DNA of 36,516 bases from a bacterium (GTDB lineage: Bacteria > Zhuqueibacterota > Zhuqueibacteria > Residuimicrobiales > Residuimicrobiaceae): assembly GCA_012523655.1 (NCBI GenBank), contig JAAYTV010000504.1:1-36516 (forward strand), written 5' to 3'. Within the stretch, counting starts at the first letter, position 1. Every line of letters begins with the position of its first letter. Below, in pieces: positions 8,248 through 17,800 of the stretch. The notes under the pieces are model-generated. The model was not told the origin of the DNA, made no database searches, and saw nothing but the letters and a program-made list of their open reading frames with translations. The translations under genes were made by a program, and so were the position numbers.

Positions 8248-9144
8248 TTATTCCCAGAACCAGACATAACGTTCATTTAAAAACGCAGGCGGTTGCGTCG
8301 CCCAACGACGGCCGCGGCTGATCAGCCGGCACTGGCCTTCTGTCAGCCATTCTTCGGCGCCAACGGTTGTGCGCACGCATAGAGCACGGCAGTCGGGATG
8401 ACACGCGCGCAAGAGGCGTTCCGCAGCGGCGAACAGCGTACGCTTTTCCATGCCCGGCACATGCCAGCACACCTGCAGACGCGCCGCCGTCTGATCGTTG
8501 ACCAGTCTTTGTCCGGTCTGCAGGATCAGCAGCGCCTTTGCGCTTCCATCCTGCATCACCACCGCACTTTCGCCGAATCCATACTGATGGAGCCGCTGCA
8601 CATAGGGCAGGAGATCGACTGCGGGCGACATCGCCTTCTGCAGCGCAGTCCATTCAGCAAAGAAAAGTGCCGCCGTTGACCGCGAAAAAATCAACAGATC
8701 ATCGACGTCCAGCAGACCGGGCATCACCGATTTATATCCATCCAGCGTATCAACGCTGTATGGTAAGGCCATGCGCTCATAAAAGCCGGTGGGCTCGGTG
8801 CGCTCCTCCGCATCCAATCCGATGATCGTGCATCCTGACTCTCTCAATCCCTGCACAGCGGCGAGGTACAACCTGCGGCCGACGCCCTGACGCTGATGCC
8901 GCGGCGAAACCGCCAGGGGACCGATCCATCCGATCCGACCCCAGCTATGGCCGAACACCGCTCCGGCCAATTCACGCCCCTGTTCCGCCACCCAGGCGCC
9001 GGCAGGTGCATCGTCTGCACAGAGCTGGAGAAAAGCGCTCCGCGGCAGGGAAAACCGCGGCTGCAGAGGAAGAAAGGCGCGCAACAGCAGACCGGCGACA
9101 GCGCCGAGATCCGCTGCGGCCATGGGACGCAGGGTGATCACCAC
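8248..9144 (-). CDS. GNAT-family N-acetyltransferase with C-terminal extension
   Basis: GTG start (MVITLRPMAAADL...). Acetyl-CoA motif A HQRQGVGRRL (Q/RxxGxG). At 298 aa it is a GNAT core plus roughly 130 extra residues. Confidence 0.75.
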   Translation of the reverse strand: MVITLRPMAAADLGAVAGLLLRAFLPLQPRFSLPRSAFLQLCADDAPAGAWVAEQGRELAGAVFGHSWGRIGWIGPLAVSPRHQRQGVGRRLYLAAVQGLRESGCTIIGLDAEERTEPTGFYERMALPYSVDTLDGYKSVMPGLLDVDDLLIFSRSTAALFFAEWTALQKAMSPAVDLLPYVQRLHQYGFGESAVVMQDGSAKALLILQTGQRLVNDQTAARLQVCWHVPGMEKRTLFAAAERLLRACHPDCRALCVRTTVGAEEWLTEGQCRLISRGRRWATQPPAFLNERYVWFWE

Positions 9145-9262
9145 TTTCCTTGAAATACGATGATGGGTGGAAAACCGGGCGCAGGGCCGTACGCCCTGTG
9201 CGGGCTAAATTAATCATTTCCAAACCGGCATGCAAGCTCAATCCGCGAAGGCCAATAACTAG

Positions 9263-9291
9263 TTGACTCCCAGAATATTATTTGCTACTTT
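9263..9291 (+). promoter_or_regulatory. sigma70-like promoter candidate (extended -10) for malic enzyme
   Basis: TTGACT (9263-9268), 17-nt spacer ending in TGc, then TACTTT (9286-9291). This gives a ~90-nt leader to ATG 9385, which carries a GGAAGGGAG SD. Confidence 0.35.
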
Positions 9292-9384
9292 ATACGGCAT
9301 CCATCGCCGTTCGACGACTCTGTTGGACCCCCTCCGCCGAGTCGCTGACCTTGTTGTCTACCTACACAAAGGAAGGGAGCGGAC

Positions 9385-11112
9385 ATGCTGACTTATTCTA
9401 AACGTACCGACCCGTTCACCGGAGAAGAGTATCTCGAAGTGCCTTTTAAAGGGCAGTTTCTAACCGAACACCCGATGTACAACAAAGGCACGGCTTTTCC
9501 CGATGAAGAGCGGCACAGTCTGGATCTCTGCGGTCTTTTGCCCGACGGCGTCTCTACGCTGTCGCTGCAAAAACAGCGAACCTACGAGAGCTTTGCCGCC
9601 AAATCCAGCGATCTGGAAAAATATATCTATATGCTCTCCCTGCAGGACCGCAACGAAACGCTGTATTACGCCCTGCTGCAGGATCATCTGGAGGAGATGC
9701 TTCCCATCGTCTATACGCCCACCGTCGGCAAGGCGTGCCAGCAATTCAGCCATCTCTACCGCCGGCGGCGCGGGCTCTACATCACCAGCCGGAATATTGC
9801 GCACATCGACTCGATTCTCAACAACGCGCCTTTCGCCAACGTCAGTCTGATCGTGGTCACGGACGGAGAGCGCATCCTCGGCCTGGGCGATCTGGGCTCC
9901 AACGGCATGGGCATCCCCATCGGCAAGATCAGTCTCTATGTGGCGGCCGCAGGACTGCACCCGGCATTTTGCCTGCCCATTCAGATCGACGTCGGCACCA
10001 ATAACGAAGAGCTGTTGAAAGATCCGTTGTACATCGGCCTGCGGCAGAAAAGACTCAGCGGCCAGGCCTACGACGATATCATCGAACGCTTTGTCTGCGG
10101 CGTGCGCCGCCGTTTTCCCAACGCGCTGCTGCAATGGGAAGATTTCGGCAAAGGCAACGCCTTTCGCCTGCTGGAGACTTATCAGGAGCGGATCTGCTCG
10201 TTCAACGATGACATTCAGGGAACCGGCTCTGTGGCCATGGCGGTGCTGCTGTCTGCCATGAAAATCAAAAAACAGAAATTGAGCGAACAGCGCTTCATGA
10301 TGTTCGGCCAGGGCCAAGCCGGCGTCGGCATCGCCCGGCAGATCATCACCGGCCTGGTCAAGGAAGGGCTGAGCTATCGCGAGGCCTGCGGCCGGGTTTA
10401 CGGCGTGGACAAGGACGGCCTGTTGCTGGAAGGCATGACGGTGAGCGAGGAGCAAAAGCCGCTGCTCAAAAGCCGGGAAGAGATCGCCGTCTGGAAAGTC
10501 AGCCGCGCAAACCAGATCACTCTGCTGGAGGCAATCCGCAACAGCAAAGCTACGGTGCTCTTTGGCGTCACCGGACAAGCCGGCGCTTTTAACGACGAGG
10601 TGATCGCCGCCATGGCGGACAACACCCCGCTGCCGCTGATCATGCCGCTCTCCAATCCCACGGCCAAAGCCGAATGCACACCGGAGACCATCGCCCGGGT
10701 GACTAACGGCAATTATCTAACCGCCACCGGCAGCCCCTTCAAGCCGGTAATGGTCAACGGTCGGGAGCGCGCGGTGTCGCAATGCAACAACCTGTATATC
10801 TTTCCGGGCGTCGGACTGGGCGCGCTCATCTCCGGCTCACCCCGGGTGACGGATCGCATGTTCATGGCTGCCTCCGAAGCCCTGAGCAATCTCGTGACCG
10901 CTGAAGAACTCAACAGCGGCAAACTGTTGCCGCACATCAGCAACATCCGCTATGTCTCCAGCCAGGTGGCACTGGCCGTGGCCAGAGAGGCGCGCGAAAG
11001 CGGACTGGGCGCCCGCGGGGACGACGAAAAACTGCTGCAGATGATCCTCAACGCCATGTGGGAGCCCAAGTATTTGCCGTTGCGCTATCACAAGCCGGAT
11101 TTTTCTTTTTGA
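9385..11112 (+). CDS. maeA: NAD-dependent malic enzyme (oxaloacetate-decarboxylating malate dehydrogenase)
   Basis: 575 aa. Malic enzyme signatures: YNKGTAF, IVYTPTVG, VVTDGERILGLGDLG, FNDDIQGTGSV, LSNPT. Confidence 0.95.
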   Translation: MLTYSKRTDPFTGEEYLEVPFKGQFLTEHPMYNKGTAFPDEERHSLDLCGLLPDGVSTLSLQKQRTYESFAAKSSDLEKYIYMLSLQDRNETLYYALLQDHLEEMLPIVYTPTVGKACQQFSHLYRRRRGLYITSRNIAHIDSILNNAPFANVSLIVVTDGERILGLGDLGSNGMGIPIGKISLYVAAAGLHPAFCLPIQIDVGTNNEELLKDPLYIGLRQKRLSGQAYDDIIERFVCGVRRRFPNALLQWEDFGKGNAFRLLETYQERICSFNDDIQGTGSVAMAVLLSAMKIKKQKLSEQRFMMFGQGQAGVGIARQIITGLVKEGLSYREACGRVYGVDKDGLLLEGMTVSEEQKPLLKSREEIAVWKVSRANQITLLEAIRNSKATVLFGVTGQAGAFNDEVIAAMADNTPLPLIMPLSNPTAKAECTPETIARVTNGNYLTATGSPFKPVMVNGRERAVSQCNNLYIFPGVGLGALISGSPRVTDRMFMAASEALSNLVTAEELNSGKLLPHISNIRYVSSQVALAVAREARESGLGARGDDEKLLQMILNAMWEPKYLPLRYHKPDFSF

Positions 11113-11197
11113 TGGATCGTTGGGCCGGCTATACCGAAAAGAACCGCCGGTGATGACCCGGACGTGGAAAAGAACTTTCTGTCTCGAGCATTCTTAA

Positions 11198-11623
11198 ATG
11201 AAAGACTGGCAGAAAAAAATTGATGATCTGCAGCAGGCCGGCCTGACGCTGCGAGTGGAAAAGGGCGGCCGTGTGATCTTTGCTTCATCAGAACCCATGC
11301 TCAAGCCTCTGCTGCTCTGCTTGCAGCAAAGGCGGAGCGAGATAGCCGGCGCCACAGTGATCGATAAAATCGTCGGCCGCGCTGCAGCCTATTTATGTGT
11401 AAAAGGAAAAGTGGCTGAGGTGATCACGCCGCTGGCCAGCCTTGGCGCGCAGGATGTCTTGCAGCAGGCCGGTATTCCCTTGCAGGCCCAACGGGTGGTG
11501 GCGCAGATTATGAATCGGGATAACACCGGGCCCTGTCCCATGGAGCAACTGGCCGGCGAAGCGCTGTCGGCGGAGGGGTTCTACGAGACCTTGTGCGTTC
11601 GAATCGCAGCAAAGACGGTTTAA
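11198..11623 (+). CDS. DUF1893 (TM1506-like) domain protein
   Basis: 141 aa. The pattern VIDKIVGRAAAYL ... NRDNTGPCPMEQ recalls the DUF1893 family. Assignment is from memory only. Confidence 0.55.
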   Translation: MKDWQKKIDDLQQAGLTLRVEKGGRVIFASSEPMLKPLLLCLQQRRSEIAGATVIDKIVGRAAAYLCVKGKVAEVITPLASLGAQDVLQQAGIPLQAQRVVAQIMNRDNTGPCPMEQLAGEALSAEGFYETLCVRIAAKTV

Positions 11624-11631
11624 GGATAAAA

Positions 11632-11664
11632 GGCCAGCCCTCTTTTGTTCGCCTGAGGCTGGCC
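11632..11664. terminator. terminator hairpin between convergent DUF1893 and PiT genes
   Basis: GGCCAGCC ... GGCTGGCC, an 8-bp perfect stem extendable to about 10 bp with one bulge. The minus-strand reading is followed by TTTTATCCTT. On the plus strand it lies 9 nt after the DUF1893 stop but has no T-run. Confidence 0.5.
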
Positions 11665-11796
11665 CTGTCATGCAGTTCCCCCCTACCTCATTTCCGTTGA
11701 AAAAGCCTTTTAGGTAATCTTTCCAAACCCCCTCGTTCCCTGCAGCCGTCTAACCACACCCCGGCAGCACTTCCAATCCATGCCCCTGCGTTCTCG

Positions 11797-12828
11797 TTAA
11801 AAAGCACCATGCAGCCATTGCACCACATAAAAGCAGCCGGCGGCCACCAGCGCGGAGAAGGGAATGGTCACCACCCAGGAGACGACGATGCGGCCGAAGA
11901 TGCTCCATTTAACCTTGGTGGCGTTGGTTGTGGTCCCTACGCCAGCGATGGCGCCGGCGATCGTGTGCGTTGTAGATACCGGAATGCCCAGATGTGTGGC
12001 GATAAAGATGGTCGCGGCGCCGGCGGTCTCTGCACAAAAGCCGTGCACCGGTTTCAGTTTGGTCAGCCGCATGCCCATGGTTTTAACGATACGCCAACCG
12101 CCCATGGCGGTACCGAGCGCCATAGCGGTCTGGCAGGAGAGGATGATCCACATGGTTTTCAAGTCCAACAGGGAAAGCTGGGTATCGAGATCAAACATAC
12201 CGGCGGCCACCAGCAGGGCCACAATGATACCCATGGTTTTTTGCGCATCGTTGCCCCCATGACCCAAAGAATAGAGCGCGGCAGAGAACAGCTGGCCTTT
12301 GCGAAAAAAGCTGTCCACTTCACTGGGGCGATATTTGCGGAATATCCAATAGACCAGCAGCATGAAGGAAAAGCCCGAAGCCATGCCGATCATCGGGGCC
12401 AGGGGTATGAACTGCAGGATGGCGACCATCTTCTCCCAGCGAATGCTGCTCACCCCCTGGTAGGCGATGCCGGCGCCGGCGAAACCGCCGATCAAGGCAT
12501 GGGATGAGCTGGTGGGCAATCCCCACCACCAAGTCAGCAGGTCCCAGGCGATGGCGCCCAGCAGGCCGGCCAACACCACATAGATGAACGCAGGATCCCC
12601 CACCTGGATGCGCACGATCTTGGAGACCGTATCCGCCACCCGTGGCATGAAGATAAACATGGCGGCAAAATTAAAAAAAGCGGCCCAGAGCACGGCGATG
12701 CGCGGCGACAGCACTCTGGTGGATACCACGGTGGCGATAGAGTTTGCGGCATCGTGGAATCCGTTGATCACATCAAAGACAAGGGCGAGCGCAATTGTAA
12801 AATACACCGTCAGCAAAGAAGAGCTCAT
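11797..12828 (-). CDS. pit: inorganic phosphate transporter, PiT (PHO4) family
   Basis: Polytopic membrane protein. PHO4 signature GFHDAANSIATVVSTRVL at the N-terminus and the repeated half-signature GGNDAQKTMGII. Confidence 0.9.
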   Translation of the reverse strand: MSSSLLTVYFTIALALVFDVINGFHDAANSIATVVSTRVLSPRIAVLWAAFFNFAAMFIFMPRVADTVSKIVRIQVGDPAFIYVVLAGLLGAIAWDLLTWWWGLPTSSSHALIGGFAGAGIAYQGVSSIRWEKMVAILQFIPLAPMIGMASGFSFMLLVYWIFRKYRPSEVDSFFRKGQLFSAALYSLGHGGNDAQKTMGIIVALLVAAGMFDLDTQLSLLDLKTMWIILSCQTAMALGTAMGGWRIVKTMGMRLTKLKPVHGFCAETAGAATIFIATHLGIPVSTTHTIAGAIAGVGTTTNATKVKWSIFGRIVVSWVVTIPFSALVAAGCFYVVQWLHGAF

Positions 12829-12930
12829 CAGATTTTCTCAGGTTAATAAAACTCGGGCAGCCGCCGCTCTCATCAGAGTATTTTGGGTTCAGGCTTGAAA
12901 GAGGCGGAGAACAGGTTGGGACTGCTCCGA

Positions 12931-13554
12931 TCAGGAAGAGGAGATGACGACACCTTCGATAATGTTGGCCACGTTTTCGCAGCGATCCACGGCTTTTTCC
13001 AGGCGTTCAAAGATCTCTTTCCATTTAATGATTACAATAGGCTGATCCTCCTGGAACAGCCGGATCAACGCAGAACGCAGGATGGTATCGCCCCGGCTCT
13101 CCAGATCGTGAATGGCGATGCAGTGGGTATTGATTTTTTGCATGTTTTTCAGATCGCGCATGGCGACCAGGCCGCCGGTGATCTCCGCCATGGAAGTCAC
13201 GAGCACGTCTGCCAACTCGCGCGCTTCTGAACGCATTTGCGTGATGCCGTACAACTCGATGCGGGAACTGGCGGCGTCAATAGAATCCAGGATGTCGTCC
13301 AGCTGCTTGATCAGCTGCAGGATGTCCGTGCGTTCGATGGGAGTGATGAACGTTCGATGCAGCGCGTCGATGCACTCATGCGTGACATCGTCGGCCTGAT
13401 GCTCCAGCTCGTGGATGCGCGCCACATGGACCGGAATGTCTTGGCCGTCAGAAGTCAGGGTCTGCAATTGCAGACACACCTCGGTGGTCAATCGTGCATG
13501 TTTCTCGAAAAAATCAAAAAAACTGTACTCTTTGGGTAAAAAACTTTTCAGCAT
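12931..13554 (-). CDS. DUF47-family PhoU-like phosphate transport regulator (PiT accessory protein)
   Basis: 207-aa all-helical protein starting MLKSFLPKEYSFFDFFEKH. It sits in the conserved position immediately upstream of PiT. AGGAG SD lies 5 nt upstream. Confidence 0.85.
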   Translation of the reverse strand: MLKSFLPKEYSFFDFFEKHARLTTEVCLQLQTLTSDGQDIPVHVARIHELEHQADDVTHECIDALHRTFITPIERTDILQLIKQLDDILDSIDAASSRIELYGITQMRSEARELADVLVTSMAEITGGLVAMRDLKNMQKINTHCIAIHDLESRGDTILRSALIRLFQEDQPIVIIKWKEIFERLEKAVDRCENVANIIEGVVISSS

Positions 13555-13620
13555 AGCTGCTCCTGTTCGAGGGCGAGTGAAAAAATGAATGGCTTTTCAA
13601 TTAGCTCCTGTTCAACATAA

Positions 13621-13649
13621 AATATAATTTCCTGGCCGGTGAAAAGCAA
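13621..13649 (-). promoter_or_regulatory. sigma70-like promoter candidate for DUF47-PiT operon
   Basis: Minus strand: TTGCTT (13649-13644), 17-nt spacer, TATATT (13626-13621), in the only AT-rich patch upstream of the operon. Confidence 0.35.
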
Positions 13650-13851
13650 GCGCTGATTTTACGCAGCGGGTAATGAGGACGAGGAGGGGGAGCCGAGGTC
13701 CTGACTGCCGCTGTTCCACCGCAGCTGCTTGCGGCCGTTGCGCCGAATTTACGGCTGGCCGGAGCCACAGCCCGGTCAGGCGGCCTTCAGCGGCCGGGCC
13801 AAGGCTCGACCGGGCTGCGGCGTGCGGCAGAAACGTCAGGGTGGAAAACCG

Positions 13852-14871
13852 TTAAAAATCAAATCCCAATGAAAAACGGTGCACGGCGTTTAAAATGCCG
13901 AAATCCAGATAAGCGTAGTCGATGCGTAGGTTTACGGTCGACAGCATATGATAGGCCAGACCGCCGCCGAGGGTCACCCCCTCCTCGCTGTCCTTGAGAA
14001 AAAGGGATTTGTAACCGGCGCGGACAAATATGCTGTTGTACAACGCGTATTCAGCGCCGACGTTAACATATTCCGCATTGTCGCTGGGATGCACGGCATC
14101 CACGGCGCAGGTCAGTCGGTGACGGGCTCGGTTGATCACGTCCAGCGCGGCGCCCACCCGGAAGATGAGCGGCATGGACCAGTTATCGGTCTGCAGATGG
14201 GCAATGATCTTGTCGTTGTTGCCGGCGGTCGTAGGGCTGACATCATAGTTGACCTGAGTGTCGATGCCCTGCAAACGCATTTTGCTGCCGAAATTGGAGA
14301 TGCTCATCCCCAGTCGCATATCATGCAGCTGAGTGGTGAACAGCACGCCCACATCCAGCGCCATGGCTGAGGCGCTCATGTGCCACAGTTTTTGCTGCAC
14401 ATATTTGCCGGTGAAGCCGATGGAGAAACGATCGGTGAGGCTGCGGCTGTAGCTGCCGCTGAGCGCCAGATCAGTAGAGCCGAAATACTCCCCTGTGCCC
14501 TCGGGATAAAAAATCGTCCGTACCTGCATTTCATCCATGCTCAAGGAAGTAACGCTGAGCCCGATGGCATCAGCGGAGGACAGAGGAATGGACACGCCCG
14601 CGTGGTCAAAGGCTATATCGGCGATCCATTGCGTATGGCTCATGGTCACCATGGTTTTGTTCAACCGTGAGAGCCCGGCTGGATTCCAGTACAGTGCTGT
14701 GGCGTCATCCGCGGTCGCCACAAATGCCCCGCCCATGGCCAGAGCCCGACCGCCGACCTCGATGGCCAGGAACGGCGCTGCGCTGGTGCCGACTTTGGAC
14801 ACCGCCTGCGCCTGCAGATCGCCGGCGCCCATCAAGGCAACCACGACAAAAAGAAAAAATTTTATTTTCAT
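13852..14871 (-). CDS. PorV/PorQ-family outer-membrane beta-barrel (module 1)
   Basis: Signal peptide MKIKFFLFVVVALMGAGDLQAQA. Family-typical N-terminus GTSAAPFLAIEVGGRALAMGGAFVATADDATALYWNPAGLSRL. Alternating beta-strand pattern ending in the aromatic LGFDF. GAGGAG SD. The start lies 15 nt after the upstream gene's stop. Confidence 0.8.
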   Translation of the reverse strand: MKIKFFLFVVVALMGAGDLQAQAVSKVGTSAAPFLAIEVGGRALAMGGAFVATADDATALYWNPAGLSRLNKTMVTMSHTQWIADIAFDHAGVSIPLSSADAIGLSVTSLSMDEMQVRTIFYPEGTGEYFGSTDLALSGSYSRSLTDRFSIGFTGKYVQQKLWHMSASAMALDVGVLFTTQLHDMRLGMSISNFGSKMRLQGIDTQVNYDVSPTTAGNNDKIIAHLQTDNWSMPLIFRVGAALDVINRARHRLTCAVDAVHPSDNAEYVNVGAEYALYNSIFVRAGYKSLFLKDSEEGVTLGGGLAYHMLSTVNLRIDYAYLDFGILNAVHRFSLGFDF

Positions 14872-14886
14872 TGGTTTCGGTCTCCT

Positions 14887-17800
14887 CTACTTGATCACGC
14901 CAAATTTGCCGATTTTGGAGCCGATCCCCGGCGCATCTACGTGATAGATGTACACACCGTACGCGATCTCCATGCCGTCTTTGGAGAGCAGGTTCCACGA
15001 TTCAGAACCGTCATTGATGAGACTGTCGTGCTCGAGAGTGGCCACCAGATAACCGCGCACGGTGAAAATTTTAATGGTGCATTGAGCCGGCAGATGGATG
15101 AAATCGATCTTGCGTTCTCCACGCCCCGATTTGAACACATGCTGCGGCTCCCAGGCGGCGGTCACGACATAGGGATTGGGCACCACAGCGATGCGGTTCA
15201 GGGCCGAATCGCTGCCGGCCTTTTGCTTGTCGATGTAGGGCGCATGGCTGGTGAAGGTGAACTGATCGCTGGAGGTGAATGGTTTGGTGATCGAGAGATT
15301 GAACACATCGCCGGCCTTGGGATGGATGGCGCGCGGAATGGTCGCCACCACGGTGGTATCCCGTTTGATGTGCGGAATGCCCAGCGTGTCGACCCAGGTG
15401 TGGGTGGTGATGTTCAAAACCAGGGAATCCGTCGGCGCCCAGAACTTGACCTGCCAGGTGCCCCGATATCGGCCGCCGATGTTCACCAGCGGAACGATGA
15501 TGTCCTGATCGGACAGCACGCCGGCGGGATTGACATCCTGAAACACAAATTTCACCGAATCACCGGTGGTCGCGTTAAAGACTAAAAAATTCGCCGGCTT
15601 GTTGTTATACGCCTTGGTCACCGTCTGATCGAACACCACCACATGGTAATCATAGGGCACCGGCGTCTTGACGCCGCCGGCTATATACGTGGAAATATAG
15701 CCGGCATAGTTGCACACCGCACGGCCGGCGTCATAGGGTACTTTGTATTTCTCCGCCGCTTGTTTTAGCGCGTTGCCGCGGAACCAGCCAGCCCGGGTCA
15801 GGCTGGTGCGCAGCGTATCCGGAGCCAGAGGATGATCGACCACCACGATCTTGAGACCGTCGAAAAACGGGTTCATCTCCTCGCCGGCTACATAGGTGCT
15901 GGCATAGACGGGGAAATACTGATAGCTGATCTCATAGGTAACCCCGCTCTGCATTCTGCCGCCGGACACTGCGGCGATGGCGCCGCTCTCCTCCCGGATG
16001 GTGTAGTCAACACCGTTTTGCATCACCGCGCCTGTTGCAGGATCCTTTACTACAATGGACGGACGGTACAGATGCCTGTGGTCCAGTGCGACGGCCGTCG
16101 TGTCGGCGACAAACCGCTTCTGCTGCACCGTGTTGTTCAACACGGAAAAAAGAGTGTGCGGATTCGACGATTTGGCGAACGTCGTGTCGTCGAACAGAAT
16201 CCTGTATTCCGTCTGGTCGATGATCTTCATCGGATCCAGCGGCGTCACTTCAATATACCCGGTCCCCGCTCCTTGAGTATGACGGATGGTTGGATTGGTG
16301 ACCAGCGTACTCAGGGTGGTCGGCGCCACATAGCCGGCTGCCGGCGCGTTGGGAACCGCCTTGACCGTGTTGATGTCCAAGGCAATGACCTCGCCCAGCA
16401 CATTGGTGCGGATGCGCTTGGCGCACACAGAGGGCGTGATCGGCAATAGGTTGGGGATCTCCGAAATGCCTCGGCTGTAAAAATCCTCATCATACCCCTG
16501 GTCATAGGAACAGACCGCATAATAGTAAGTCTGGCCATTCTGCACCGACGTATCGGTCCAGGTGTAGCGCAGCCCGGTGTTGCTGCCCATATTCAGCTGC
16601 AGCCCGTCGAGACCGATAGGATGCGGTCCTTCGAGCGAATCCAATTTATCGAATTGAGCGATCGGCTTGTCAAAGATCTTGTTGCCATAGGCGTTGGTGA
16701 TCACATAGCTCTCAGTAAAGCCGGCATCGGTGCTGCGGAAGATCATGTAGCCTTCAAAATCCTTGCCATAGATGGGATCGCGGGTGAGTTCTTCAGCCCG
16801 TTTATCCCAATACAGGGTGACCTGACGATCGCCGGCCACCGCCGTGACCGTCGGCTTTTCAGGAGGTTTGGCGAAGTTATAGTCCGCATCATAGATCTTT
16901 TGCATCGTTTTAGCATTGCGCAGCAGATCATCGTAATCCTCGCCCAGGACCAAGGCGATGGCGAACTTGCGCTGATTGTTGGGATCGCCCAGTGGCGGCA
17001 ATTGAAAATAGGCCGTGGCATAGAGAAAGGTGAGATCCACGGTTTGCATGATCTCGCTGAAATTGCCCGGCACGGTTTGCAGCCAGACACTTTCATCGTT
17101 GTCCATGACGATGCCGGGATAGGCGGCAGCGGTGAAACTGGTCAATCCCAGCTGGTCGGATTCGCTGTTGTCACTCATCTCGAAATTAGGCTCCGCCACC
17201 CCCAGGACGTAATCCGCATCCGGTTTGCCGTTGCCCTCGGTGCCGTCTGGATCCGGGCCTGGGTAGCCGATCATGCCCGGCGCCAGGCCGTCCAGTCCGA
17301 CGTCGTCCAGGATTGGATTCCAATCTCCGTCATTATCGATGCCATCAGCCTGGGATTCATCGACCAGGCCGTCCTCGTCGTCATCCTTGCCATTCAATGG
17401 ATCACCGGGGGATTCCAAATAGCGGAAGCCGAAATAGGCCGGCGGACCGCCCCAGGCGCCCTTGTTGTCGTGATCCCATTGATAGACGATATCTTCGGTT
17501 TTGTTGAAATAGGCGTCATCGTCCTTTTGATCGCCGTCATCGCCCACATCCGCGTCGCCGTACATGCCGAACACCATCTTGGTGTAATTGGTGGTGCTGT
17601 TGTTGGTTACCCAATAGGTCCAGATGATCAGATCCTCTGCCGCCGGGTGCGCCCATTGATAGCCGCGCACGGCGATCTCCAGCCCCAGTCCGCGGATGGT
17701 GGTGTCGATTTTAGAGGGCAGAAACTTGAATTCATCGTTATAATAGTCGTTCATCCGGTAATAGGTCTCCTGATCAGCGCGGATAAAAGCGCCGTACTGA

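Noticed and set aside
13673-13855. 60-aa plus-strand ORF in the GC-rich spacer (MRTRRGSRGPDCRCSTAAACGRC...).
   Set aside because: It has an Arg/Ala/Cys-rich low-complexity translation, no RBS, and ends by overlapping the PorV-like stop. The region is better explained as structured non-coding DNA/RNA.
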